Positions 51,414-64,000 of a stretch of DNA of 64,000 nt are shown here, piece by piece (the first letter of the stretch is position 1; the number at the start of each line of letters is the position of its first letter). The stretch spans positions 38,874,001-38,938,000 of the forward strand of contig NC_083281.1 in the NCBI RefSeq assembly GCF_963506605.1, in the 5' to 3' direction. A program made the translations under genes and the position numbers. The notes beneath the pieces were generated by a model. That model searched no databases and was not told the DNA's origin. It was given only the letters and a program-made list of their open reading frames with translations. The stretch comes from Zootoca vivipara. Lineage: Eukaryota.

Positions 51414-54007
51414 TCATAACCATCATCAGTATTGTTTCCGTTACGGTTAAATTTCATTACAATAAAAATGGAACCACATGTCACAGTCACTGTACAGTAT
51501 TTTGTTTTGTCTTAACGAGTGGAAAGCCTTCTGCTTCTAGGCACATTGCTAAGAACTAAGATGTGGACAGAGGCTGAGATCGAGAGAAGACCATCTCTCG
51601 GTTCCCTGGCATGGCATTGAGAAGACAGGCCGGGCACCAGGTGTCGGAGGTGGGGGAGGGTCGCGATCCCTTCGTGTCTCTAAGCTACGGGCAGATCCCA
51701 GATTCCTGGGAGAAGCTCCTGAGATCCACCTATTTTTCAACAAGTTACTAAGACATGAGGTTGTGGTGGAATTCTTCCCACCGACTGGACAAGACTTGGC
51801 CCAGGGGGTTGAAAAGATTGGGTGCGCATCCCACTGGGATGTCCTCCTGCACTGAAATGATGGCGCAGTCCCCATTCATTACAGAGGGACTCATGGAAGA
51901 GACATTCTTTGTGGGTTGTGCCCATAATAACTAAGGTTGTTTGGGATATATAGATAGAAACCTTAAAAGAAAAAAAAACCAAGGGAAAAACAACAACAAA
52001 CCTTAATGAGAACTTTCATAGCTGATACAGTCATGGCTAATAAAATTAACATGTTGGATCTAGGACCCCCCCCATGCATGCTGCAACTGCGTGTACTCTA
52101 TCAAGCAGCCCTCTACGCCAGCTTTTGCCAACCTGGAACCCTCCCAATGTGTCAGACCACCAACTCTTATCAGCCACAGCTGGCACGGCTGATGATGGGA
52201 GTTGTGGTCTAAAACATCTGGAGGGCACCAAGTTGGCAAAGACTGATTTATGCACAAAAAGGAGGCCAACGAGAAAAGGAGGTTGCCAGGAAGAGCAGCA
52301 CATTAGACACCCATGGAGGAAACTAAATAGTACAAAATTCAGCTGAGATATGCATATTTCCCAAGGCCTGTTGGAGATTATGTAGAGCTAACAGGTTAAT
52401 GTGCACAATTCACTCTTCATAGAATGGTTATGCACACATTCTCCATAAAGCCTAGTGAATGTGCACAATGACTGGTTCTTATGCACATTAACAGTTCAAC
52501 TTACATTTTCCTTAACACCCACCCACACCCACACCCCATAGCAATCTTGCCCTCTTCGACTATTGGGTGGAAAGTCTATGTTCTGTCAGACAGATAATTC
52601 CAATGTTTATCCTTCTCCAGGATTTGATTTACAAAATAGGGTGGTCCGTGCAGTCCTGTACACGTCTAATCAGAAGGATGCCCTCTTGAGCTTAATGGGA
52701 CTTACTCCCAGGGAAGTGGTTACAGCCTAAAAAAATAACTGTTAGGAAAGCCTTTTCCAGAAATGTCATTTTAGAGGCTACTTTATCAAAAAAAGGGACT
52801 ATTTCTTTTTTAAAAAACAACCAACCAACCAACCAACCAACCCACAATGCAAAATAAAACAAAAATGCAAAGGGTTTGGGATGAGCCTGGTAACAGTTAT
52901 CAAAACTCTTTTAAAAACAGCAGCAGCAGCAACTTCCTTCTGATAAGCAAACACTGCAATTTTATGCAGAAAGAAAGAAGCATGGTTTGTTTGTTTTTTG
53001 TATGATGGTTGATACTAGATGGTAGATTTTTTAAGGATTATATGCCCTGTGGGTTTCTTGCTACTAGTGCTACAGTTATGTGGTTAAAAGTTAAAATTTT
53101 ATACTATACAGTTATATATCCCAACCAGCCTTAGCTGTTGTGCTTGTTGGTCACTCAGAACCCTTCAGTATGGAAGTGACGTTAAAACCTTGCAGGTGAG
53201 GGATGGACGGCAGCTGCTGAAATTATGAAATATCACTTCCACCTTGTGCCCTGAATATGGTTGGTTTGGGGAGCTCCAGACAGCACATTGCTTACCCGTG
53301 GGATTTCCCAGCATCTATCAGTCAGGAAGTTCCATACAGTCCAGTAACGGCAGACAATCAGGGATCATGCTCCCAGGATGCCGGGTGGCACACAGTCCCT
53401 TGCCCTTGATTTGGGCTTGTCCTTGCTTGCGAAAGTGTGGCAAAGAGCAGGGTCCGTGGCACGTCTTTCCGGACGAGGTGGAGCCTCTCCTAAGTCAGCA
53501 GTGGAGGGTGAGATTAAAAAAAAGCCCCTCCAAAAGGTTTTCACAGTGCGGGGGTGGTGGTGGGGCTCCTTGGTTTCGAAGCCTCAAAAAGTAGCACTTA
53601 GCTTCATCTTCCCCCAGGTGCTGGATTGCCAACAATCCCTGCTCCCCGCTTTACTTGGATACGGCACCCAACTGCCTCCATAGATGGAAGAAGTTTGGGC
53701 AAACTCTTCCCCTACAACTCCATGGAACATGCTACATTGTGGGTGCGCTGGGAAGGGAGGGTTGTGTGTGGACCACGTGACCGCGAGCAGGAAGAGAGCA
53801 CAAGGATGCTAAAGGATGAGAACTTTGGGGATCCCCAGGAGGAGGGCACAGAGGAACCCAAAAGTCCTGGGTCTCCATCAGCAATGCCTTCTGACATTTT
53901 AACTCACTGGCAGCATATGCTCAAACCCAGAAAACCAAGGACTCAACCCATACCACTTCTCCCAGCCCTCACCACTGGGAGGCTGCCCTGAAAGATGGGA
54001 GGCTTGG

Positions 54008-54097
54008 CATAGCTGCCAAGTTTTCCCTTTTCTCGCGAGGAAGCCTATTCAGCATAAGGGAAAATCCCTTTAAAAAAGGGATAACTTGGCAGCTATG
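54008..54097. mobile_element. 90-bp hAT-like MITE, same TIR family as 30723-31187
   Basis: TIR CATAGCTGCCAAGTT/AACTTGGCAGCTATG; TSD AGGCTTGG/CGGCTTGG. Confidence 0.8.
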
Positions 54098-54494
54098 CGG
54101 CTTGGTGATGACGAGATATCAAAAGGTATGTCCAGCCCTTCAGTGTCTTGGCTACAGATGCGTGTGATTTTTGGTCCCCCCCCCCCGAGAAATTCTGCTG
54201 ATTTCCTAAAACGTTTCTCTCTGAATTCTTAAAGATGCTTTTGCCTGAGCAGGACCCTCCAAATCTACCTCGAATTCAGTTTCGGGGTGACATTTGGTGG
54301 TGACTTAGAGGTGTGTGGAACTCCCCTCCCCCTGAGAAATTTCATACATCTTATTGAAATTCTTGCACCTTCTTTGTAGACATTTTATATGCAAGCAAGC
54401 CCCCTTCCCCACATTTTGCTTTGCATTCATCCAAATTGGGTAGCATACCCCTAGTCTTGACTTTTTGGAGATATAAAGGTATAAAGAAGAGGAA

Positions 54495-54709
54495 TAGGGT
54501 TGCCAGACTCAATAGAGGACAGGACTTCTGTGCCTTTAATTGCCCTGCTCTCTTTTGATTCTGGAAACCTTAAAGAGAAACCAGCAGACCCTTTGCTTGG
54601 AAATTAAACAAAGGGTCTGCTGGTTTCTCTTTAAGGTTTCCAGACTCAAAAGAGAGCAGGGCAATTAAAGGCACAGAAGTCCTGTCCTCTATTGAGTCTG
54701 GCAACCCTA
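54495..54709. mobile_element. Fold-back hAT MITE (215 bp, 101-bp arms)
   Basis: TAGGGTTGCCA...TGGCAACCCTA termini; arms 54495-54595 and 54609-54709 complementary with one mismatch; perfect 8-bp TSD AAGAGGAA. Confidence 0.9.
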
Positions 54710-55872
54710 AAGAGGAAAGATCTTAACTTATTTGCAGTCCTGCTCCTGTTACACTATATGTGGATACACAGATGATTTGGGTCTCCATCTTGGGCATTGA
54801 TGAATGTGCTACCTTTGCAGCTTTATTTATTTTAAAAAATCCCCTGTAGCTTAGTGCTGAGATGCAATGAACTTCTTCTTTCACTTTCACAAGGATGCTT
54901 CATACTGTGCCACAGCCAAGGATAGGCTGATATGGGAAACTCTGCTACTGAAGAGGCTCACCTGTTCACTGTCCAGGCACTCTCTGGTGAAAGGGAGTTG
55001 CCACTAATGCCCACTGCAGTACTTTACCTCTAAAAGTGCTTCAGTGTGGAAGGTGGGAATGCTCAAAAGCAAATGGAGTTAGTTTACTCTCCACTGTGTT
55101 GGTGGGGCAGACAGCACAGGAGAGAAATCTCTGTTGAAATTTCCTCCTGGGCTGAATGAACACACTTTGAGATGGCAATGAGGGAACGTCTCTTTTTGTG
55201 AATTGTGCCCCAGAGATTCAGGACATGCCTCAATGGTTCAACAACTTTGTCAACAAGAGGGACAAATCCAGGCATGAAGTCTGGAATCAAATTCCCACTA
55301 AAGGCAGCTGTACACAATCAAACACCCTTCTTCTTCTTACAGTTAGCTGGTTTTTTAAAAAAACAATTTGTCATTGCTGAAGCTCACTTTTGCTGACATT
55401 GGACTGATTTCTATGAAAAGAGAGTCACGGATAAGTGACGTTCTGGTGACCTTGGCCTGTATTGATGAATTGTTGTAAAACAATTGCTCTAAAAGGCACA
55501 GGGAAAAAAAATTAGAAATGGTGCGGTCGTGCTTTTAATGTCCTTGATATTGTTAATAGAAAAACGAAAAATGGAACTTCTTACTGGCATCACACACGGC
55601 TCTTATGAATCTGGTCAGAGGCCTTCCAAAATACCACTGTGCCTCCATAGCAGCCTCCAACCCTCACTGCATCCTTTTGACTCTAGGCCAAAAGATTTTC
55701 AAAGTGCGTTTTGAGAACCTGAAAGATGGCAGGGTGGTTTCTCAGAGGTTCCTCAATAAGAGAACAGTGGACAGGCTTTCCTGAAAGAGTTCCAACCATC
55801 ATCACGAAGCCTGACGCCACCATGTGGCATGGTCAGGTAAATGCTAGGGCCATCCCACTAGTGGTGCCTATA

Positions 55873-56234
55873 GCATTACGCTTTCCATTTTAAAGAGGTT
55901 TAAAGACTGTCTCAAGGCAAATCTTAAAAAATGTAGTATAAACACTGACAACTGGGAAACACTGGCCTGCGAGTGCTCCACTTGGAGAACAGCCTTCACC
56001 AAAGGTGTCATGGGCTTTGAAGAAACTCGATCTCAGGACGCAAGGGAGAAACGTGCTAAGAGGGAGGGATGCTTGGCAAATCCACACCATGATCAACTCC
56101 CGCCTGCAAACCAATGTCCCCACTGCGGAAGGATGTGTGGATCCAGAATTGGCCTCCACAGTCAATTATGGACCCATTGTTAAAACTGTGTTTATGGAAG
56201 ACAATCTTACTCGGCTACGAGTGATTGCCAAAGA
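55873..56234 (+). mobile_element. 5'-truncated RTE-clade LINE
   Basis: KRFKDCLKANLKKCSINTDNWETLACECSTWR... then zinc-finger-like CPHCGRMCGSRIGLHS; flanked by near-TSD AGTGGT(G)CCTATA. Confidence 0.8.
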
Positions 56235-59200
56235 AGTGGTCCTATATAGAGGACCACTGCTAGACAGCAGTCTCCTGCTCTGGACCCTTTGGTGGCCACT
56301 TGCACCTGACGTTCTGCCTTGTGGGTAAAAAAAATGAAAAAAAGGCCATCACTACAAAAAACTCTGTAGTGGCCATTTTGTTAACTTACAGTGTGCTAGA
56401 ACTAGAACTTCCCATGCATTGTGAGAAAATAAAGACTGAGGGAACAGGCGCCCACTCAGATATACACATAGGAGCCGGACTTGTGCTCTTCAACCTTGGG
56501 TTCTCAAAACCTGTTGGGCTACAACTCCCATTCTGTCTGAACTTTGTCTAAACTGGCTAGGAGTGATGGGAGCTGTAGCCCAACGACGTTTGGGGCCCTT
56601 ATGTTGAAGAGTTTTGATGTGCATGGGTTCACTGGCCTTTGTTCAGCCTTGGCAAACAGAAAGATGTGGAAGCTCTTCCCTCAAGGTAGAAAACTTGAAA
56701 GCTGCTTGCTGAGGCTAATGCCAGCCTCACAACACTGTCCCATTCCCAGGACTGGGTGCAATTGAGACTGGAGACAGGAAGGAAGGGGCAGCAGAGCAAC
56801 CAGACAGGTTGAAAGGCTCTAGGGCAGAGAAGGCAGTGACTCTGCTAGCAGCTCCACCTATCTGCCAGAAGAGGGCAGTGTTGCATTTCTTTATAAGGCA
56901 TCACTTTGTGGTCTTCAGAAAGGCTCACAGATAGATTGGCTACTTGCTTGCAGCAAGGCAGACATTTGTGGGATGTCTGGTGTGGGTCAGAAGGTTTAAT
57001 GGCGGAGTGTTTCAGGGTGCTTCCACATGGCCAGAATGGGCATGAAAAGGATAAGGGGGGTGGGAGGTAGAAAGGTGGGTCTGCATGCACTGAATGTTGG
57101 GAGCAGTAGGGCATTTCCCCACCCACAAATAATATTGCTTCATATATCTTACCCCACTAGATGCACCTCTTGGAAATGACCTTGACAATGAACTATTTTC
57201 CCTACAGACTCATCACTCTGTTCTAAGACAGGAGTGGAGAACCCCTGGCCCATGGACTGAATGCAGCTCTCTAGGGTCTCTATCTCACCCATGGGACTCT
57301 CCCCAGACTGTGCCCCCTTCTGGCCCTGATCCCTCCCCTCCCCAAGTAGGCAGGAATGTGCCCTTGAGCTGGGACAGTGTCTCTTGCTGCCTCTTATGCC
57401 AGGAACTCCCTCCTAGACCACTGGATGCCAAGTGTTATCCTCCAAGTGTTGTTGAATCACAGCTCCCGTCATTCCCAGCCACCATGACTGGCCATCACTC
57501 TTGGTCCTGCTGGTTGGGGCTGATGAAAGTTGGGAGTCCAACAACATCTGGAGGACCACAGGTGTTCCCCATCTCTGATAGGTACGCAATGGCGATTGGT
57601 GCCCACTGGGACTGGTAGGGTGGAAGGCGAGGAGACTAGCAGTAGGTGGAGTCAGAGCCCACGACAAATAGAGCCACCACCTGACTGGTTGTAAGAGGGG
57701 TGGCATCTGGAGGCCGGCTGAGGCCAGGCTGAGGTTGGTGGGGCACTGCTGCCGTGGCCTCTGGTGGACGTACATTGACTGAAGGTATTCTGCGGATACC
57801 TTCACCCAGTTGAAAGCCATGCACTTGGTTTACAAAGGCCCGAGGAATTTGAGCTCTGCTCATGCATTCATTGAATGCATATAGACATACAGTGTGGAAT
57901 GAGGATGGGGGGCAGGCAAGGAGACTGCCCCCCACAATGCCCTCTTTGCTGTGCCATCCACCCTTACCTTCCCACATTGATGGGGAAGGTCTGAAGGTGG
58001 CACACAGTTGCGCACAGTTCAACTTGTGCAGGTTGGGTGGTGGTGCCAGAACTCAGAGACACCCTAGGGAGTTGAATGTTGGAAGATTCAGGAGAGACAA
58101 AAGAAAGTCCTCCACACAATTCACAGTTAGACAAATTGAAGGAGGAGGTGGCTATCAATGGCTGCTCAACTGGACATGTATGTTCTTCCTCCACTGTTGG
58201 AGGCAGAATGCCTCTGAGTACCACTTGCTGGGAACCATGAGTGGGGCCACTGCTCTTGCACTTAGGACCTTACTTGCGGGCTTCCCAGAGGTATCAAGTT
58301 GGCCACTGTGAGAACAGGGTGCTGGACTAGATGGACCTTTGGCCTATCAGTGCTATTTTTCTAGAAAAAGAGGTGCTGGAACTCACCAGGAACACCTCCC
58401 TTGTTCTCTTATAATGGCAATGGTGCCCACCTGAGAGGTGCCGGAATTGAGTTCCAGCTGAAAAAAATAGCCCATCATGTTGTTGCGATTTTACTCCATG
58501 TACTTCAGGCAGTTACACCAACACAAGTCATGGGCCAGAGCATCCACTGTAGCTCCTGAGGTCAGCAGGCTAGAATGGAGGCTGCAGGCACTACATCCTC
58601 ATGATGCTTCATCTCTGTCCTCTAACAGAGGGAGATGACTGGGAAGGAATGGGAGGAGGAACCCAGAGGTGCGTGTTGCTGCTGCTGCTACTGCCACCCC
58701 CCGGCAACCATTGCCTGAGGCAGATCACTTTGCTCTGCCTAACAGTAGGGCCAGTTTTGTACACGAGCCATGGGTTACTGCCAACCCCACCAACCCCAGG
58801 TCATGTCTTTCCTTCCTCTTCCACAATGCATTGTACTGCTTTATTGCATGTCCTAATATCACCATGTGGTGGGTGTTTTCCCCTTTCTATAGTATCGCTC
58901 ACCAAGGGCCTGATATGGCGACAGCAGGAAACAGAGTGGGTTTCACTGAGCACTACAGAAAGGGGGAGATCTCAAAACTAGGATGCAATCTCTGATGGCA
59001 TGGTGGGTTGTGCTTCTCTTAACATCCCATCCAGTCCTGGCAAAGTTGTGCAAAAAGAGCCCCCTGAATATACAAGCCAGCATTCCTTAACCTGGTCCCC
59101 TCCAGCTATTTTGGACTACCTGTTGGCCGGGACAGATGGAAGTGATAGCCTAAATCAGCTTGTGGGTACCAGGCTGATGTAAGCCCCTTGAAAGCCATTG

Positions 59201-62200
59201 ATCCATCTCATGCATATTCCAAGCACATCACCTGTTCTAGATCAGCAGCGGCTGCCCTATTCTCTGTCCAAATAAGGACTGGACATGGCCTGAATCAGGG
59301 CAGGAGCAGAAAGGCCACCTGACAATCGGATTACAATGCCCTACCATGAATTACAGCTCCTAATTACCTTTTCAGCTCACCCTCCCTGCATACTTGATAT
59401 GACAGCTGATGTTTGAGTCTGCAACTGAGGCCATGTTGGCTCCATCGCCGGATGAGCCATCCCACCAATGTACTTGTTTCCACTGGAACTGTGTGACACT
59501 GGACTCAGCCATCTGCTTGTGCAAGCCGGCAAAGGAGACCCACCAACACAGTGAATGACTGTCACTGGATTCAGCTCAGTACTAGCTTTGAACAGGGGAC
59601 ATAGCTTGTACTGGCTGAAGGTTGCACACTGGGTTGTATTCAACAAGTTTCATACAAGCTAGACCCGTGGGCATCAATGAACCTAAATTAGTCATGTCAA
59701 TTAATTTCACTGGGTCTACTCTGAGTATGACTAACATTGGATACACCCCCCTAGCTCTATCTGCCGAAGTTTGCATGATGAAATACAGGGAGAGGGCATC
59801 TGCTTTGCATGCAGAAGGTCTGCGGTTCAATCCTCGGTATCTCCAGGTAGGTCTGGGAATGCCCCTGGCCTGAAACCCTAAAAAAACTGCTGCTAGTCAG
59901 TGTAGACAATACTGAGTTAAATGGACTAATGGTAGAAGAAAGCTTGGTAGAAGAAAGCTTGCTCTGCTCACCACCGTGTAACACTAATTTTGCCCCATTC
60001 AAGTTGCAGGTTGCAGTGATGGGAGCAAGGCAAGTTGCAACATGAGCACTATGCCCCTGACTCCTGAATATTTTACACTCTCTCTCCCATGCACACATCT
60101 TCTGAGACTTCACCAGCCACTGTCTCCACTTTCAAGCTTAGCATTGCAGCCATAAGGTCTAGAAAATTATTTCTCAGAAGATGGGGAAAAGGCTCAGTTC
60201 TGTGGCCACCTCAACACTCTGTGCTCCTCCCTAGCTCATCCATGGATCCAGCCATTTGTTAGTTGGCCGTTTATTTTGTGGTCACTTTTTTTCATTGACC
60301 CAATGGAAAGATTGACCCAATGGAAAGATACCCTCTCATATTCAACTTAAGCCTTTGGGAGGTCAGAAACGGCTAAGCTATTTCATGCTGGTCTGGACTT
60401 CTGCCTCAAGCAGGCCTTAGGAAGGGGAGAACGTGGATGGGGAGACATGACCCTAGAACTCATGGACATCCAATGAAGCTGAATATTGGAAGTCCTTCTT
60501 CACGCAGTGCAGTTAAACTATGAAATTCTCTCCTGCAAGAGGTAGTGATGGCCACCAACTTGGATGGCCTTGAAAGAGGTTTAGAGAAACCCATGGAGGA
60601 TAAGGCAGGTCAATGGCTACTAGCCATGGTGGCAATGTTCTACCTCCGCTGCTGGAGACAGTATGTCTTTGAATACCAGCTGATGGGAATTGCAAGTGGA
60701 GCTGCTGTGCTCAGGTATGACGTGCAGGCTTCCCACAAGCATCTGGTTGACCCCTGTGGGAATAGGGTGCTGGCCTAGATAGGTCTCTGGTCTGATCCAG
60801 TAGGGCTCAACCCAGGGTCTCCCTCCAACCCAAGCACCCTGGCTACCCAACCAATGGCCTTTGAGAGGCCTCCTCCATGCCTCCCACCCCAAACCTTGAA
60901 TTTGATTTGGGAGGGTGAGGCAAAGCTGGTAATGGCCGTTGGTGTTTTGCTAGGCCCTTTTCATCATTGTGAAATCAACTCAAGTTGATTTCTCCATGAG
61001 GAATTGGATTCAAAAGTGCTGGCCTACGTTGATTTCCTCTGGTCTCCTTTTGGAAGGTTTTCTGTGGCATGGCAGCTCCAGTCTTGACATGTATCATCAT
61101 GTCTCGTCCTGGAAGATAAAACAGTTGGAAGACCCTCAGGGTGATCATCTCATACAGGGATGGGCGACCTCCGGCTCTCCAGATGTTGGTGGACTACATC
61201 ACCTCGGACTACTGGGTCAGGGGGCCTTGGACTACTTGAATGAAATATTGTGGGGGCCCAGGTAATCCCTGCCCCACATAATTGATTGCATGTCACAGTG
61301 CACACACACACCATTTGAATGGCCCATCATTTTTTGCAGGGCCTCCTCTCAAATATTTTATTCCAGCGGCCAAAGCCCCCACGGCCCCTAGGAGCTGGCT
61401 CCTATGCACTGGGCCATGCTGGCTGGAGTTAATGGCAGCTGAAGTCCAGCAACATCTGGCAGACCACAGGCTCCCCACCCCTGATCAGGTACAACCCCTT
61501 AATATGCACCAATTATTATGTTAGAAAACACAGCCACACACACAGCCACACACCCTGAGTACAACCCTTTAACATGTGCCAATTCTTATGTTAGAAAACA
61601 CATGTACACACAAACACACGTGGCAGTATGGTGGGATCGCTGAGACCCTGTATGGTGCAGAGTGTTAGTCTAGGACCGGGAAGTCCTGGTTTTGAATCCT
61701 TGGTCAAGCATGAAGTTCACCTTAAAGCAGCTCATTGCATCTAAGCCCAATCTATTTCACAGGGTTGAATAAAATGGGAGCACCTCAAAGCCACTCCTCC
61801 AGACCTGGTCTCTGGTGTAGTCCTTCCCACATCATCCTGCTCCCCCACTGGGTTGCTGCATTACCAGAGTAGCGTAGGAGAAGTCATGAGGGGTTGTCAA
61901 CGATGCTGCTCTCACGTCATAAGAATCATTGTCATGATACAATATATCCTCAACCTTCAAAATCCCAAAGTGGTGTTTTCTGCTCCTCTTCTAGAAAATG
62001 CCATCAACCGCTCTTAGCACCCCATAACCGCTCTTAGTAGCTTATTTTCACTGTTTCTTCTTCTTACTCCTTGCTCTCAGTGGTGAGGGTGAATAATCAA
62101 GCCATCTATTTTCATGTTGATGCCCTTTTAATTATATATATATATATACCGTATGTAAATTAGTCCTGTTAGTCTTCCTTTTTCTAAGCCAGTGGCTTTC

Positions 62201-63673
62201 AAAACTGTGTCCCAGGGAACGTGGGTGCTTGTCTGTGTGGATCTGTTGATGAGAAGACCAGGAAAGGTGGATAAGCTTTCCTGAAAGATCTTACCCACCA
62301 CCATCCTTCTTTCCTTGCAAAGTGGAATTGCGGGAGAAAACTGGGCCTGTTCTAGGGCCTAGTCTTAGTTTACAGTGGGTAAGAGGGAGGCCAAACAGAT
62401 CTAGCCAGTACCCTACGCAAACTAAATGCGCAGCTTAGATCACTTCCCAGAACCCTTTGGAATGAGCAAAGGTTCCAAAGCAGGCAAATAAACATGGAAT
62501 GTTCCCTGAAGGAAGGAAGCTTTAAAAGCACTGCTTTGAGCCAAACCTAGAATCTAGTTCCTTTATAATCTCCCCCCATCAGACAATTTGGCTCCTAGAA
62601 GATCCTTTCTCATAGGTGTAGCTCTTCTCTGAATCTGGCTTTCATTATCCTCCTTGAGCTGTAAAACCCATAATTCTATTCAAGACGACTTCCTGACATG
62701 CTGTGCAGAGTGGAATTATGACTTCCCGAGTCTTGGGAATTGTGCTGCTGCTGATGCAAGAGAATGAGTCATTGGTCATTTGAGTGGTATCACCACAGAA
62801 GAGTACAGCCAATGATATTTTTTAAGAATCCCTCATCAGGAGCATCAGCTTCCAAGACTCAGGAAGTTATAGATGCACCACTCCTCACGGAACCAGTTCC
62901 ACCAAAAGTTTGTCGACCAGCAGACCTTCAGCCAAGTTTCTGGGGCTGATGGATATGGTGGTGGCTACCCATCCCTCCAGCTATCTCCCTTGCTTGATCC
63001 AACTTGTGTATTTGTGTGTATGTGTCGGTGGTGGGGGAAATCTTAGTATGTTTTGTGCGTGTAGGGTGTGGGGACTCAGGCTGCTGACATGGGACGGGAC
63101 GGGGTCTCCTGAGGAGACGAGAAGGCTCTCGCCATCAGAAACACAGCTGTGGTCTTGGGCAGTTTCTGCCCTTCGGTTATATTTATAGAAGTACATATAC
63201 ATATAATATTTATAATATAAATATTGATGGGCCTGAAATCCGTGGATGTGGAGTGACGGGGTTGTTGATGGGGGCCCCGAGCCTGCAGGACAGTGAAAAA
63301 AGCTCATGGAAAGGGGGCGGGTTAAGGAGTGGTGGTGGTGGAAATGCCCACCAATGGGAGCAGGGGGCAAAGGTTATATAAGAAGAGAATCGGAGGAATA
63401 GAAGGGGGAAAGGTTCTGGTCTGGATGGACCAGAGGAGAGCAACCGGTGAAGGCTGGCAACTGCCGCATCTTGCTATAAGAGCGACGGGTGAAGGAGGCC
63501 AGTTTTCACATCTGTCTGGCTTCAGGTCCGTGGATTGTAGAAGTTCTTGTTAAAAAATTCAGAGATTGCGATGAGGCCTAGAGTTGCCCTCCCTGGGGAA
63601 ATGATGGGACACAGATCACAGTGGTGCTGTGTCTTCTGCACGTACAGGATGGTTAGAAAAGCGGCCCCTCCCC

Positions 63674-63892
63674 TCACAGTCTGGTCTGGGCCTCGGGGAT
63701 GTAGATCTCAATGCTGTCTGCACTTTCGGTGGCTGAGCTCTGGCGGAAGGAGGCAGCCCTCTTGGCCGCCAGGAGCCTCTTGCGGGCCTCCTGCCTCTGC
63801 CGGTCCACAGAGTCCAGGGACCGGTCCTTCACTGGGTGCAGCCGGGAGCGCGGCGGCTTCTTTGGTATTGGCGGAGGCACCTTCTTTTCCTC
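63674..63892 (-). CDS. DLGAP3: DLGAP3 (SAPAP3) last coding exon; the rest of the gene lies beyond the window end
   Basis: Minus-strand acceptor ctctctgtccttttgcag|GAG; EEKKVPPPIPKKPPRSRLHPVKDRSLDSVDRQRQEARKRLLAAKRAASFRQSSATESADSIEIYIPEAQTRL*, ending in the Shank-PDZ ligand QTRL; synteny with SFPQ/TMEM35B supports the paralogue 3 call. Confidence 0.92.
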   Translation of the reverse strand, partial: EEKKVPPPIPKKPPRSRLHPVKDRSLDSVDRQRQEARKRLLAAKRAASFRQSSATESADSIEIYIPEAQTRL

Positions 63893-64000
63893 CTGCAAAA
63901 GGACAGAGAGGGAGGGAGAGGGAGGGAAGGTGTTAGTGGGAAGGGAAGGACCCATGACAGGCACAGCGCTGGGGTGGCGGCGGCAGCAACAGGGGCGTAG

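Noticed and set aside
61489-61601. Short ~44-bp direct repeat pair
   Set aside because: Ordinary local duplication with no evident function

Overview
Vertebrate genomic DNA, not prokaryotic. The repeat content (Sauria SINEs, Bov-B, CR1, L2, Penelope, hAT MITEs) points to a squamate, most likely a lacertid lizard. Genes in order: SFPQ coding exons 2-10 (+, 1494-8504; exon 1 lies upstream of the window) with putative alternative distal exons at 13779-13826 and from 16327; TMEM35B (+, 3 exons, 24103-31663) with a CpG-island promoter and a 1.76-kb near-perfect tandem duplication in intron 1; an intact single-coding-exon PTAFR/P2Y-like class A orphan GPCR (+, 46838-47842); and the last coding exon of DLGAP3 (-, 63674-63892). 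The most notable observations are: the intact orphan GPCR, probably the functional orthologue of a human unitary pseudogene; two minimal hammerhead ribozymes inside Penelope-like elements; a 181-nt AG-exclusion zone with a distant branch point and a hairpin before SFPQ exon 10; a VKSIPAG* alternative SFPQ exon resembling the human short isoform; and a candidate unannotated minus-strand spliced transcript between SFPQ and TMEM35B. Most ORFs in the supplied track are spurious. Comparisons with human are from memory; no searches were run.
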